DNA of 32,000 nucleotides from an uncultured bacterium (lineage in GTDB: Bacteria; UBP14; UBA6098): positions 35,410 through 67,409 of the forward strand of contig CAZSHG010000005.1 in the NCBI GenBank assembly GCA_964606695.1, in the 5' to 3' direction. The translations under genes and the position numbers were made by a program. The notes beneath the pieces were generated by a model, which made no database searches, was not told the origin of the DNA, and worked only from the letters and a program-made list of their open reading frames with translations. Below are positions 8,103 to 16,967 of the stretch, in pieces (position 1 is the first letter of the stretch; each line of letters starts with the position of its first letter).

Positions 8103-8519
8103 ATGTGTAGGCGCAGGAAATATAGATTCGGGTTTACTCTTATTGAATTAATGATAGTGGTCGTTATTCTGGGCCTACTCGCCGCTATCGCTATACCACG
8201 GTATCTTCGCGCGTCTAAAAAGAGTAAAGTTTCCGAGGCCAGCACTATTTTGAAACAGATATTCGTAGCCTCGATGGAATATTACGAGGCCAACGGTTGC
8301 TATCCTACCGAAGTCGATGATATCTTTGGCGAAGGCGAGGATGATCTTCCAGATTGTTTTATATTGAAACAACCAAGTGGAACGCCTCGTTTTCAATATA
8401 ATCTCGAAGGAGACGGTGGAGCTACAGCGAATCCCAATCTCGACGTTGACGGGTCATTGGTGGGAGTAACTAAGGTAAAAATCGATGAGGAAGGCGTCCT
8501 ATCCGGAGGCGAATTTTAG
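8103..8519 (+). CDS. Type IV pilin / pseudopilin-like protein with class III prepilin leader
   Basis: RRRKYRFG|FTLIELMIVVVILGLLAAIAIPRYLRASKKSKVSEA. Confidence 0.93.
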   Translation: MCRRRKYRFGFTLIELMIVVVILGLLAAIAIPRYLRASKKSKVSEASTILKQIFVASMEYYEANGCYPTEVDDIFGEGEDDLPDCFILKQPSGTPRFQYNLEGDGGATANPNLDVDGSLVGVTKVKIDEEGVLSGGEF

Positions 8520-8559
8520 AAGGGGTTGCCAACCTTCTTCTCACGCGCGGTCGGTTCTG

Positions 8560-9393
8560 CTAATATGGAATCGGCCGCGTAATATTTCCCATCCATAAAG
8601 CCATTTTTTTAAATGCAGATTCGCATTCAGGTTCATTCTGGATTTCGTGATGACATTCCGGGAAAAAGATATATTCGGCATTAACAGCTCGTTTGCAAAT
8701 ATCCTCAGTCGCTACTCGCGAAGTTATCCTGTCGTTACCGCCGTGAAGTAAAAGGACGGGGAAAGTTAGCTCTTCGGCTTTTTTAAGAAAATAAAGACCG
8801 GACCTTTGAATCATCGTGAACAAACCGGCCGAAATTCTACTGTGAACCAATTCATCGTCGTCGTGTTTTCTGCGGGAATCCTCCAGACGCGATAAATCCG
8901 CCGTCTTGAGATTGTTGTTGAACGTTACTGAAGGTGCGATATAAGACAATATTGACGCAAGCCCTCGCACGAAAGCGTTTGGCGGATTTATCAATTTTAA
9001 CCACGGACTCGTAGCGATTACACCGTCCACTTCCTCACCCCTTCGGATAGCGTAATTCAAAACGAGATTCCCGCCCATGCTGTGGCCGTAGAGAAATACG
9101 GGGTTTTCAGGATACTCTTTTTCAATGTGATCTAACCAGAGTTCGATATCATCCAGTAGGATTTTGTATGATGGCGCGTGCCCATGCTTTCCGCCTGATA
9201 ATCCATGCCCGCGAATATCCGGGATCAAAACCGCATATCCCCTTTCGAGAAAAAACTCGGCGACGTGCTCGTATCGCTCCGAATGTTCCCCAAGACCATG
9301 TTGGATAATGATTACAGCGTGCGGATTGTCGCACATAAAAAAGCGCCCGTTTAACTCGATTCCATCCGACGCTTTAATTCGCTCATTCCTCAT
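8560..9393 (-). CDS. Alpha/beta hydrolase (monoacylglycerol lipase / serine aminopeptidase S33-like)
   Basis: IIIQHGLGEHSERYEHVAEFF...IPDIRGHGLSGG...VFLYGHSMGGNLVLNYA (GHSMGG nucleophile elbow)...LLHGGNDRIT...ECHHEIQNE. Confidence 0.9.
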   Translation of the reverse strand: MRNERIKASDGIELNGRFFMCDNPHAVIIIQHGLGEHSERYEHVAEFFLERGYAVLIPDIRGHGLSGGKHGHAPSYKILLDDIELWLDHIEKEYPENPVFLYGHSMGGNLVLNYAIRRGEEVDGVIATSPWLKLINPPNAFVRGLASILSYIAPSVTFNNNLKTADLSRLEDSRRKHDDDELVHSRISAGLFTMIQRSGLYFLKKAEELTFPVLLLHGGNDRITSRVATEDICKRAVNAEYIFFPECHHEIQNEPECESAFKKMALWMGNITRPIPY

Positions 9394-9416
9394 AAGTCGT
9401 TGATACTCAAGACTTC

Positions 9417-9563
9417 TTCAAACAGAAAGTAGTTTTCTTCAAATGGAAAGTAATTCTCTTCAAATGGAAAGTAGATTGCTTCAATGAAAGTGAAGATTAT
9501 TTCATCGGGAAAACCCGATATTTCGTCGAGTAAACACATTTCTTCAAGGATTGTCTCGCTTGA
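9417..9563. repeat. Degenerate tandem array with a 21-bp period (strong units TTCAAATGGAAAGTA...)
   Basis: TTC(A/G) register at 9417, 9438, 9459, 9480, 9501, 9522, 9543; the first four units are clearly similar, the rest keep mainly the phase. Confidence 0.7.
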
Positions 9564-9565
9564 TA

Positions 9566-10597
9566 TCAGGCTTTTCGCTCGCGCGCCAGTAGCTTGCTAT
9601 ATTTCGCCGTATCGTTGATGATCCTCCCTGCGCCCATAACTACACAGGTTAGCGGATCGTCCACTACGTAAACCGGCAGATTCGTCTCTTCGCGAATGCG
9701 CTGATCCAGCCCGCGCAAAAGGCTTCCGCCACCGGTCATCACTATTCCCCTGTCCACTATGTCGCTGGCGAGTTCGGGGGGCGTCTGTTCGAGTGCCGAT
9801 CTTAGCGCTTGCATAATCAATCGCACCGGTTCGTCCAGAGCGTCGCGAATTTCCTTGCTCGATACTCGCAATGTCTTCGGCAGACCGTCTATGACATCGC
9901 GTCCCTTGACATCCATAAACTCCTCGCCGTCGGGCAACGGATACGCCGACCCGATTTGTATCTTCACGCTCTCAGCCATATTTTCGCCGATTGCCAGATT
10001 GTATTTCTTTTTGAGATACGTGATTATCGCCTCGTTCATCTCGTCGCCTGCGATGCGGATGCTCGTATTATTCACGATTCCCGATAGCGCGATGACCGCG
10101 ATTTCGCTCGTGCCACCGCCGATATCGACGATCATATTCCCTCGCGGCTCCTCCACCGGAATCCCCACTCCGATTGCCGCCGCCATAGGCTCATTGACGA
10201 GATACACATCCCTCGCGCCGGCGTTCTCAGCCGATTCCGTGACCGCACGCCGTTCGACCTCGGTAATCCCGCTGGGCACCGAAATAACTATGCGCGGCTT
10301 AATCAAGAACCGCTTGCGAATCACGCGTCGAATGAACTCGCGTAACATCTCCTCGGTCATCGTGAAATCCGCGATAACGCCGTCCTTGAGCGGACGCACC
10401 GCGCGTATATGCCCCGGCGTTCGGCCGAGCATCTCCTTGGCGTCGTCGCCGATAGCTATGACCTTGTTCGATTCGTTCTCTACCGCAACCACCGAAGGCT
10501 CGTTGAGGATAATCCCCCTCCCCTTCACGAAAATTAACGTGTTCGCGGTTCCAAGGTCGATCCCAATATCGTTTGAAAGCACGTCGAAAACTGGCAT
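9566..10597 (-). CDS. mreB: Rod shape-determining protein MreB
   Basis: [30 protein letters not shown]...[17 protein letters not shown]...[16 protein letters not shown]...[15 protein letters not shown]...[14 protein letters not shown]. Confidence 0.97.
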   Translation of the reverse strand: MPVFDVLSNDIGIDLGTANTLIFVKGRGIILNEPSVVAVENESNKVIAIGDDAKEMLGRTPGHIRAVRPLKDGVIADFTMTEEMLREFIRRVIRKRFLIKPRIVISVPSGITEVERRAVTESAENAGARDVYLVNEPMAAAIGVGIPVEEPRGNMIVDIGGGTSEIAVIALSGIVNNTSIRIAGDEMNEAIITYLKKKYNLAIGENMAESVKIQIGSAYPLPDGEEFMDVKGRDVIDGLPKTLRVSSKEIRDALDEPVRLIMQALRSALEQTPPELASDIVDRGIVMTGGGSLLRGLDQRIREETNLPVYVVDDPLTCVVMGAGRIINDTAKYSKLLARERKA

Positions 10598-10718
10598 ATC
10601 ATCATCCTGTCGATACAGCCCAATGGCCGCAATTCAAATAGACTCACTAATATGATGTCGAATCGCGTCCAGCGCAACTATTTTTTCGCATAATAAAATC
10701 AAAACATAACTGACCGGG

Positions 10719-11264
10719 TTAAATTCCCTCACCCCCCAAAATCTCTACCAGCAATTCCTTGATTTCCGCGATACCCTCGCCATCAATCTTGCCATAATCA
10801 TAATACCGGACGATTCCACCACAATCGATAACTATGACGTTGCTCTCCTTATCAATGAAATCAAAATCGCGGAGCATCGCGCCATCCCAATCGCCGTAGA
10901 TTGGAACGCCACGCTCCTTCGACTGCTCGATTAACCTGCTCTTCCAGATTCCGGTCAGCGGCCAGACGGCGTCCGACGAATTCACCACCCCCGCACGGAC
11001 AATACGGCACTTCGTCGAATCGTCCTGCACATTGTAAAACTTCAGTAGTTCATTCGTGAGTTCCTGATTTTTCCCGATCGCATCGCGCGACAGATAGATG
11101 ATCACAGTAATCTTTCCGCGTATCGTCTCCGATGACAACACCTCGTCGTCGCCCGATGAAACCGAAAAATGCGGCGCACACGACCCAACATCCGGCCCCG
11201 GTTTGCCAAAAGCGATAACCGCACATGCAAGTGGAACAATGATTTTTGTCGATATATTTTTCAT
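10719..11264 (-). CDS. Secreted thioredoxin-fold protein, possibly YtfJ-like; no CxxC seen
   Basis: N-terminal signal-like segment; GSCAPHFSVSSGDDEVLSSETIRGKITVIIYLSRDAIGKNQELTNELLKFY; GVPIYGDWDGAMLRDFDF; VIVIDCGGIVRYYDYGKI. Confidence 0.5.
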   Translation of the reverse strand: MKNISTKIIVPLACAVIAFGKPGPDVGSCAPHFSVSSGDDEVLSSETIRGKITVIIYLSRDAIGKNQELTNELLKFYNVQDDSTKCRIVRAGVVNSSDAVWPLTGIWKSRLIEQSKERGVPIYGDWDGAMLRDFDFIDKESNVIVIDCGGIVRYYDYGKIDGEGIAEIKELLVEILGGEGI

Positions 11265-11401
11265 AGTAGTTTCGCAGTTAAATTAACTCGCCTACCAATT
11301 TATAATAACCATCGCATTTACGCCACATTTTTTTTTGATACGGACTCACACAAGCGCCTGCGTGTTCTCCAACTCGCGGGTGGTTCACGAACCGCCCCTT
11401 C

Positions 11402-11488
11402 GTCATTCCCGACTCGATCGGGCCTACACCTCGTAGAGAATCCAGGATTTCCTCGCCTTCTCTGGATTCCCGTCTTCACGGGAATGAC
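11402..11488. repeat. Nested palindromic element of the 'GTCATTCCCG...CGGGAATGAC' type
   Basis: Outer GTCATTCCCG (11402-11411)/CGGGAATGAC (11479-11488); inner GAATCCAG (11438-11445)/CTGGATTC (11462-11469). Confidence 0.85.
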
Positions 11489-11571
11489 AATTAATGGTGA
11501 TGGTGACAGCGGAATTGAAGGGGTTGGGGTGTGCGGAGAGGGCGAATGTCTCCGGTTTCGCGCGTTTTTCA
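11480..11571 (-). pseudogene. Out-of-frame remnant of a PNPFNSA-type C-terminal sorting domain downstream of the LVIVD gene
   Basis: The +1 frame relative to the LVIVD stop reads ENEKRAKPETFALSAHPNPFNSAVTITI, matching ENTPSKKPEAFAISASPNPFNSAVSIT in the paralogue at 12991-14265, then runs into the palindromic element. Confidence 0.75.
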
Positions 11572-12936
11572 TTCTCCAACCGTTATCCTCCCGTTCCCAC
11601 TCGACAAGAACCAGTAGCCTTGCCCGGGTAAAAGCGAATCAGTTGCGAAATAATCCATGCCGTTCCAGCCAAAAAGCGGCGGAATACAGAGGCCGGGGGG
11701 CGTTGTCGTGATGTTGTGGCGGGTGATCGCGTGATCAACTGCGCCTATCAGATTCCAGCCGGGGTAAAGGGTGTCGGAATAGGTATCGAGGCCGCGCGAA
11801 AGTCCCACCGTGTCCTCGTCCATTGAGAGAACGAAATAGCCCTTGCCGGGATGAAGCGAATCGGCGGTGTAATAATCCGCAATCGCGGGATCGTAGCCGT
11901 AAGGCACGCTACCGAAAACCGTCCACGGCTGAGGCTCTGTGGTTGGTATTGAGAGAAGATTCCATCCGCGGCTTAGAGCAACATCGACATTGTTGAAGTA
12001 AGAGATGTCGAGAATGTAAAGACCGTAAAGTCTATCTGCCACAAAGGCGTAATCGCCGACTACATAGACTCCATCGACATGTCCATCTGTATTGTAGTAT
12101 CCGGTTAAAGAGGGTGCGGAGGGCGAGGAAATATCGATAACCTGAAGACCGGAATCACCATCCGCCACATAGGCGTAATCGCCGACTACATGGACTCCCC
12201 AGGCAAATCCACTCGTATTGAATGTGCCGGTTAAAGAGGGTGCGGAGGGTGTGGAAATATCGATAATCTGAAGACCGGCCTCATAATCCGCCACATAGGC
12301 ATAATCGCCTACTACATGGACTCCCACGGCAGATCCATCCGTATTGTATGTGCCGGTTAAAGTGGGTGCGGAGGGGGTGGATATATCGATAATCTGAAGA
12401 CTGGCAGAATCCGCCACATAGGCGTAATCTCCGACTACATGGACTCCATGGGCTCCTCCACTCGTATTGTATGTGCCGGTTAAAGTGGGTGCGGAGGGGG
12501 TGGAAATATCGATAATCTGAAGACCGTCATAACCATCCGCCACATAGGCGTAATCTCCGACTACATGGACTTCCACGGCAGATCCACTCGTATTGTATGT
12601 GCCGGTTAAAGAGGGTGCAGAGGGCGTGGAAATATCGATAATCTGAAGACCGGAAACCCTATCCGCCACATAGGCGTAGTCGCCGACAACATGGACACCA
12701 AAGGCAGTTCCACTCGTATTGTATGTGCCGGTTAAAGTGGGTGCGGAGGAGGTGGAAATATCGATAACCTGAAGACCGTCCAATCCATCCGCCACATAGG
12801 CATAATCGCCGACTACATGGACTCCATAGGCTCCTCCCGGCGTATCAATATGCCCGACAAGAGACACGTGCAGGGAGTCGGCGTGCAGGCTGGCGGCGAG
12901 GAGAAGCAGTGTTAATAATAGAATTGTGTTTTTCAT
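11569..12936 (-). CDS. Secreted LVIVD-repeat beta-propeller protein with C-terminal 'GWNLLSIP' modules
   Basis: Signal peptide MKNTILLLTLLLLAASLHA; seven ~42-aa repeats of GVHVVGDYAYVADxxxGLQIIDISTPSAPxLTGTYNTSG; RGWNLLSIPT...PGWNLIGAV. Confidence 0.88.
   Translation of the reverse strand: MKNTILLLTLLLLAASLHADSLHVSLVGHIDTPGGAYGVHVVGDYAYVADGLDGLQVIDISTSSAPTLTGTYNTSGTAFGVHVVGDYAYVADRVSGLQIIDISTPSAPSLTGTYNTSGSAVEVHVVGDYAYVADGYDGLQIIDISTPSAPTLTGTYNTSGGAHGVHVVGDYAYVADSASLQIIDISTPSAPTLTGTYNTDGSAVGVHVVGDYAYVADYEAGLQIIDISTPSAPSLTGTFNTSGFAWGVHVVGDYAYVADGDSGLQVIDISSPSAPSLTGYYNTDGHVDGVYVVGDYAFVADRLYGLYILDISYFNNVDVALSRGWNLLSIPTTEPQPWTVFGSVPYGYDPAIADYYTADSLHPGKGYFVLSMDEDTVGLSRGLDTYSDTLYPGWNLIGAVDHAITRHNITTTPPGLCIPPLFGWNGMDYFATDSLLPGQGYWFLSSGNGRITVGE
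11985..12850 (-). repeat. About 126-bp coding tandem repeats, 7 blades
   Basis: Recurrent nucleotide block 'cgccacataggcgtaatcgccgactacatgga...gtattgtatgtgccggttaaagagggtgcggagg'; boundaries approximate. Confidence 0.85.
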
Positions 12937-12990
12937 GGCGGTCTCCTAATTTCGTTCAAGTTGTCTATACCTGAATTGAATATAATACCT

Positions 12991-14265
12991 CTACTTCAGA
13001 TACACAAGCCTTTTCGTAACGGATTCGGTCCCTGAGCCTGTCGAAGGGCCGACCATCGCGCGGACGAGGTAAATGCCGGAGGTGATTGAAGGCGATGGTT
13101 GCCAGACGAACCCCCTCTGTCCTTCGGACATCTCCCCCTTGCTAAGGGGGAGAACCAAAGAGGGCGTCGCGACGATTCTGCCGGATACATCGAATATCTC
13201 GATTTCCGCGCCCGCCGGGGCGGTTATGGAGACGGCGGAATTGAAGGGGTTGGGGGAGGCGGAAATGGCGAATGCCTCCGGTTTCTTGGAGGGCGTATTC
13301 TCCTCGATGCCGGTGGTGAAATAGGAAATGTCAAGGATGCAAAGACCGGGAGTATAATCCGCCACATAGGCGTAATCGCCGACTACATGGAGTCCAAGGG
13401 CAGATCCACTCGTATTGTAGTAGCCGGTTAAAGTGGGTGCGGAGGGCGTGGAAACATCGATAATCTGAAGACCTTCATCCCAATCCGCCACATAGGCGTG
13501 TTCGCCGACTACATGGACTCCATAGGCAAGTCCACTTGTATTGTATGTGCCGGTTAAAGAGGGTGCCGATGGCGTGGAAATATCGATTATCTGAAGACCG
13601 GCATCATCATCCGCCACATAGGCGTAATCGCGGACTACATGGACTCCAACGGCATATCCACTCGTATTGAACGTGCCGGTTAAAGTGGGTGCCGAGGGTG
13701 TGGAAATATCGATAATCTGAAGACCGGCAAGCCGATCCGCCACATAGGCGTAATCGTCGTCTACATGGACTCCATAGGCATAATCACTCGTATTGAACGT
13801 GCCGGTTAAAGAGGGTGCGGAGGGCGTGGAAACATCGATAATCTGAAGACCTTCATCATAATCCGCCACATAGGCGTAATCGCCGACTACACGGACTCCA
13901 TAGGCAGATCCACTCGTATAGTATGTGCCGGTTAAAGAGGGTGCGGAGGGTGTGGAAATATCGATAATCTGAAGACCGGAATCTCTAACCGCCACATAGA
14001 CGTAATCGCCGACTATATGGACTCCACTGGCGTATCCAGTCGTATTGAACGTGCCGGTTAAAGAGGGTGCTGCGGAGGGTGTGGAAATATCGATTATCTG
14101 AAGACCTTCATAACCATCCGCCACATAGGCGTAATCGCCGACTACATGGACTCCCCGGGCATCTCCCGGCGTATCTATATGCCCGGCAAGAGACACATGC
14201 AGGGAGTCGGCGTGCAGGCCGGCGGCGAGAGAAATCAGTGTTAATAATAGAATTGTGGTTTTCAT
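12991..14265 (-). CDS. Secreted LVIVD-repeat beta-propeller protein with C-terminal PNPFNSA sorting-type domain
   Basis: Start reassigned from 14460 to 14265 (MKTTILLLTLISLAAGLHA, with AAAGGAACC just upstream); seven LVIVD blades; C-terminus PNPFNSAVSITAPAGAEIEIFDVSGRIV...SGIYLVRA...KRLVYLK. Confidence 0.87.
   Translation of the reverse strand: MKTTILLLTLISLAAGLHADSLHVSLAGHIDTPGDARGVHVVGDYAYVADGYEGLQIIDISTPSAAPSLTGTFNTTGYASGVHIVGDYVYVAVRDSGLQIIDISTPSAPSLTGTYYTSGSAYGVRVVGDYAYVADYDEGLQIIDVSTPSAPSLTGTFNTSDYAYGVHVDDDYAYVADRLAGLQIIDISTPSAPTLTGTFNTSGYAVGVHVVRDYAYVADDDAGLQIIDISTPSAPSLTGTYNTSGLAYGVHVVGEHAYVADWDEGLQIIDVSTPSAPTLTGYYNTSGSALGLHVVGDYAYVADYTPGLCILDISYFTTGIEENTPSKKPEAFAISASPNPFNSAVSITAPAGAEIEIFDVSGRIVATPSLVLPLSKGEMSEGQRGFVWQPSPSITSGIYLVRAMVGPSTGSGTESVTKRLVYLK
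13027..13050. repeat. Dispersed-repeat-type sequence GGTCCCTGAGCCTGTCGAAGGGCC inside the C-terminal coding region
   Basis: Encodes the atypical insert GPSTGSGTE before the terminal TKRLVYLK. Confidence 0.65.
13110..13152. repeat. Palindromic element inside the coding region (CTCCCCCTT-GCT-AAGGGGGAG plus GTCC-TTC-GGAC)
   Basis: 9-bp perfect stem 13132-13140/13144-13152; encodes LPLSKGEMSEGQRG within the sorting-type domain. Confidence 0.8.
13315..14180 (-). repeat. About 126-bp coding tandem repeats, 7 blades (paralogous array)
   Basis: Same repeated block as 11985-12850; boundaries approximate. Confidence 0.85.
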
Positions 14266-14439
14266 GGCGGTTCCTTTCATATTCCTGGCTCCGGTTTGCT
14301 TTGGCAAATCCCGCCCGCGTGCGGGGTCTTTCTGCTGGGGGGAAACTTGCTTTTTGAATTGTGTTCGTTCGTATTTCAATATCTGTGTGAATTTTTGGAA
14401 AGTCAATAAGAAAGTGGCGGTGGGGGAAAGTTTTTTACG

Positions 14440-14680
14440 CGGGGCGCAAGAGATTGCCACGGGCTATCGCCCTCGCAATGACAGTGATGCGCGGGGAGAT
14501 TGTTTCGGGCTAAGGCTCTCGCAATGACAAAGAGCGGGAGGGCGCGGGGGCACCTCCCCTACGGCATCGCAATGACAGTGAGAGGGAGGGCAAATCCGTG
14601 GGGCTTCCTTCGGTCGGAGGCACCTCCCCGTTAAAAAGGGCGGCTGATTCGCCCCTGAAATTAAAGTAATCGTTGTTTGC
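14440..14680. repeat. Cluster of intergenic repeat fragments (three CGCAATGACA ends; CTCCCC...GGGCGG element)
   Basis: CGCAATGACA at 14474-14483, 14520-14529 and 14568-14577; GGGGCTTCCTTCGGTCGGAGGCACCTCCCCGTTAAAAAGGG follows. Confidence 0.7.
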
Positions 14681-14725
14681 GGAATCGAATCCGCGTAGCT
14701 GTTGAGCACCTAACGCCGTTGGTCG

Positions 14726-15871
14726 TTACCGACCGGCTTTTGCTTGCAGTTCGTCCGCCATATCGGTCTTTTCCCATGTGAATTCAGGGAGTTCGCGTCC
14801 AAAATGGCCGAATGCCGCGGTTTTGGCGAATATCGGTCTTCGCAGGTTCAGGTGGTCGATTATGGCTCGCGGCGTGAGCGGGAACACCTTACGGACGAGT
14901 TTGGTGAGTTCGGAATGCGGCAGTTTGCCTGTGCCGTAGGAGTTGACCATTATTCCCACCGGTTCCGCGACACCGATCGCGTATGCCAGCTGGATTTCGC
15001 ATTTATCGGCCAGCCCGGCCGCCACGATGTTCTTCGCGATATAGCGCACCATGTAGCTCGCCGACCTATCGACCTTGGTGGGGTCTTTGCCTGAGAACGC
15101 GCCGCCGCCGTGGCTCCCGACGCCGCCGTATGTATCGACGATGATCTTGCGCCCTGTGAGTCCGCTATCTGCGACCGGCCCGCCCAGGACGAAGCGTCCG
15201 GTAGGGTTGATATGGTAGTCGGTGTCGTCGTCGAGCATTTCATTGGGGATAACCGGTTTTATGACGTGTTTTTGAATTTCTTTACGCAGTTCGCCCAGCT
15301 CGATATCCTCGTCGTGTTGTGTGCTAACTACCACGGCCTGGACGCGTGCGGGTTTGCCGTCGTCGTATTCGACCGTAACCTGCGCCTTGCCGTCGGGTTT
15401 GAGCCAGGGTAACAATGCGCTTTCGCGCGCTTCCTTGAGTCGCATTGTCAGGCGGTGCGCGAGGGTAATCGGAAGCGGCATGAGGACTTCGGTTTCGTTG
15501 CTGGCGTAGCCGAACATGAGTCCCTGGTCGCCGGCGCCTTCCTTATCGACTCCCATGGCGATGTCGGGCGATTGTTTATCGATGATTGTGATGATCGCGG
15601 CGTTTTTCCAATGGAAGCCGAGATGTGGGTCGGTGTAGCCGATTCTACGGATCATATCTCGGGCGATAGCGGGAATATCGACGTAGGTTTCGGTGGTGAT
15701 TTCACCGCCGACGAGCACCATGCCGGTGGTAACGAAGGTTTCGCAGGCGACTCTGCCGGTAGGGTCGTCTTTCAGGACGGCGTCGAGAATGGAGTCGGAG
15801 ATCTGGTCGCATATCTTGTCGGGGTGGCCGTTGGTAACGCTTTCGGATGTGAAAAGAAATTTTTCCGTCAT
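14726..15871 (-). CDS. metK: S-adenosylmethionine synthetase
   Basis: [20 protein letters not shown]...[12 protein letters not shown]...[22 protein letters not shown]. Confidence 0.97.
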   Translation of the reverse strand: MTEKFLFTSESVTNGHPDKICDQISDSILDAVLKDDPTGRVACETFVTTGMVLVGGEITTETYVDIPAIARDMIRRIGYTDPHLGFHWKNAAIITIIDKQSPDIAMGVDKEGAGDQGLMFGYASNETEVLMPLPITLAHRLTMRLKEARESALLPWLKPDGKAQVTVEYDDGKPARVQAVVVSTQHDEDIELGELRKEIQKHVIKPVIPNEMLDDDTDYHINPTGRFVLGGPVADSGLTGRKIIVDTYGGVGSHGGGAFSGKDPTKVDRSASYMVRYIAKNIVAAGLADKCEIQLAYAIGVAEPVGIMVNSYGTGKLPHSELTKLVRKVFPLTPRAIIDHLNLRRPIFAKTAAFGHFGRELPEFTWEKTDMADELQAKAGR

Positions 15872-15907
15872 GTCTATCCTTTCGAGTGGATTCGATTTTC
15901 AAGATGC

Positions 15908-15936
15908 AAATTTAAAGGCGAATGCGCGATTGTCAA
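15908..15936 (-). promoter_or_regulatory. Possible metK promoter (TTGACA-17-AAATTT)
   Basis: Reverse-strand TTGACA at 15936-15931 and AAATTT at 15913-15908, 17-nt spacer; weak -10. Confidence 0.3.
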
Positions 15937-15983
15937 TAAATATTATCGCGTAAGCAGGAATCTTTTCGCCCAGAGCCATTATT

Positions 15984-16961
15984 TTAACCGTAGAAACCGC
16001 CCTGGGAGTGATCGCCCAGAATCATCTTGCCGAATTGGCCTTTATAGGATGAGTGATCGCCGAGGATACTGCCCTTAAGAAAACCGCGTTCGATAGTCGC
16101 GCTATTGCCAATGATCGAGTCGCTTATGATCGAATCGGTGATCTGCGTGCCCTCGCCTATCGAAACATACGGGCCGATGACGCATCGTTCGACAAGGCAA
16201 TTCTCGCCGATATAAACCGGCGGGATCAACACGACATCCGGGAATTTTTCAGTAGGAATCGCGTGTTCGAGCAGGTGGCGGTTCGTTTCGATAAGTGTCT
16301 CGACCGTTCCGCAATCGAACCATCCCCCGATTTCCTTCGCGTAGATGTCTATGCCACGTTCGACCATTAGCTGGAGTGCATCGGTTAGCTGATATTCTCC
16401 TCGCGTTTTCTGGCCACTATCGACTATTGTTTTCAGCGCTTTGCGAAGTTCTCCGGACGCGATGAAATAGTAGGGACTTGTGATTGCGAGATTGCTTTTC
16501 GGTTGTTCAGGTTTTTCCTGCAGACCGATAATTCTGTCGCCTCTGACCTCCACCACGCCGAAACGTGATGGATTTTCCACGTGCCGGACGCCGATTGTGT
16601 TTTTGCCCTCTGAGATAATCTCGTCCAGGCCTAATTCTATAATAGTGTCGCCCAGTGCGATGAGAACGGGTTCGTTATCGACCTCTTCGAGACCCAACAT
16701 GACGGCATAACCCAGGCCGAGTAGTTTTTCCTGCTCGATGAACCGGGCAGGGATGTCGTAATTTTTTTCGACGTATTCGCGGATTTTCTCGCCCTTGTAT
16801 CCGATGATCAGGATGAGTTCGTCCACCGAACTTTTTATAATAGAATCGAGGATGTGCGCCAGTATCGGCTTGCCCGCCACCGGCAGAAGCGGTTTCGGGA
16901 CGGTCGATGTGAACGGGCGCAGGCGCGTTCCGGTTCCTGCTACGGGGATTATCGCTTTCAT
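15984..16961 (-). CDS. NDP-sugar nucleotidyltransferase (RmlA-like N-terminus, left-handed beta-helix C-terminus)
   Basis: IIPVAGTGTRLRPFTSTVPKPLLPVAGKPI...GLGYAVMLGLE...VSIGEGTQITDSIISDSIIGNSATI. Confidence 0.88.
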   Translation of the reverse strand: MKAIIPVAGTGTRLRPFTSTVPKPLLPVAGKPILAHILDSIIKSSVDELILIIGYKGEKIREYVEKNYDIPARFIEQEKLLGLGYAVMLGLEEVDNEPVLIALGDTIIELGLDEIISEGKNTIGVRHVENPSRFGVVEVRGDRIIGLQEKPEQPKSNLAITSPYYFIASGELRKALKTIVDSGQKTRGEYQLTDALQLMVERGIDIYAKEIGGWFDCGTVETLIETNRHLLEHAIPTEKFPDVVLIPPVYIGENCLVERCVIGPYVSIGEGTQITDSIISDSIIGNSATIERGFLKGSILGDHSSYKGQFGKMILGDHSQGGFYG

Positions 16962-16967
16962 ATTTAC

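Noticed and set aside
8103-8519. Possible type IV pilus locus
   Set aside because: Only a single pilin-like gene is present; no pilB/C/D/M-Q homologues in the window, so no system call is made.
11318-11711. Minus ORF 11318-11572 and plus ORF 11169-11711
   Set aside because: These cross the GTCATTCCCG palindrome (CHSREDGNPE/GNPGF-type peptides) and the end of the LVIVD gene; the minus ORF partly represents the sorting-domain remnant reported above, not an independent gene.
11985-14180. Regular repeats that might be taken for a CRISPR array
   Set aside because: The ~126-bp units are in-frame LVIVD blades of two secreted proteins; there are no short direct repeats with unique spacers and no cas genes.
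14266-14460. 65-residue N-terminal extension of the second LVIVD ORF (start at 14460)
   Set aside because: A canonical signal peptide starts at 14265 with a ribosome-binding sequence, and the extension reads through intergenic repeat DNA.
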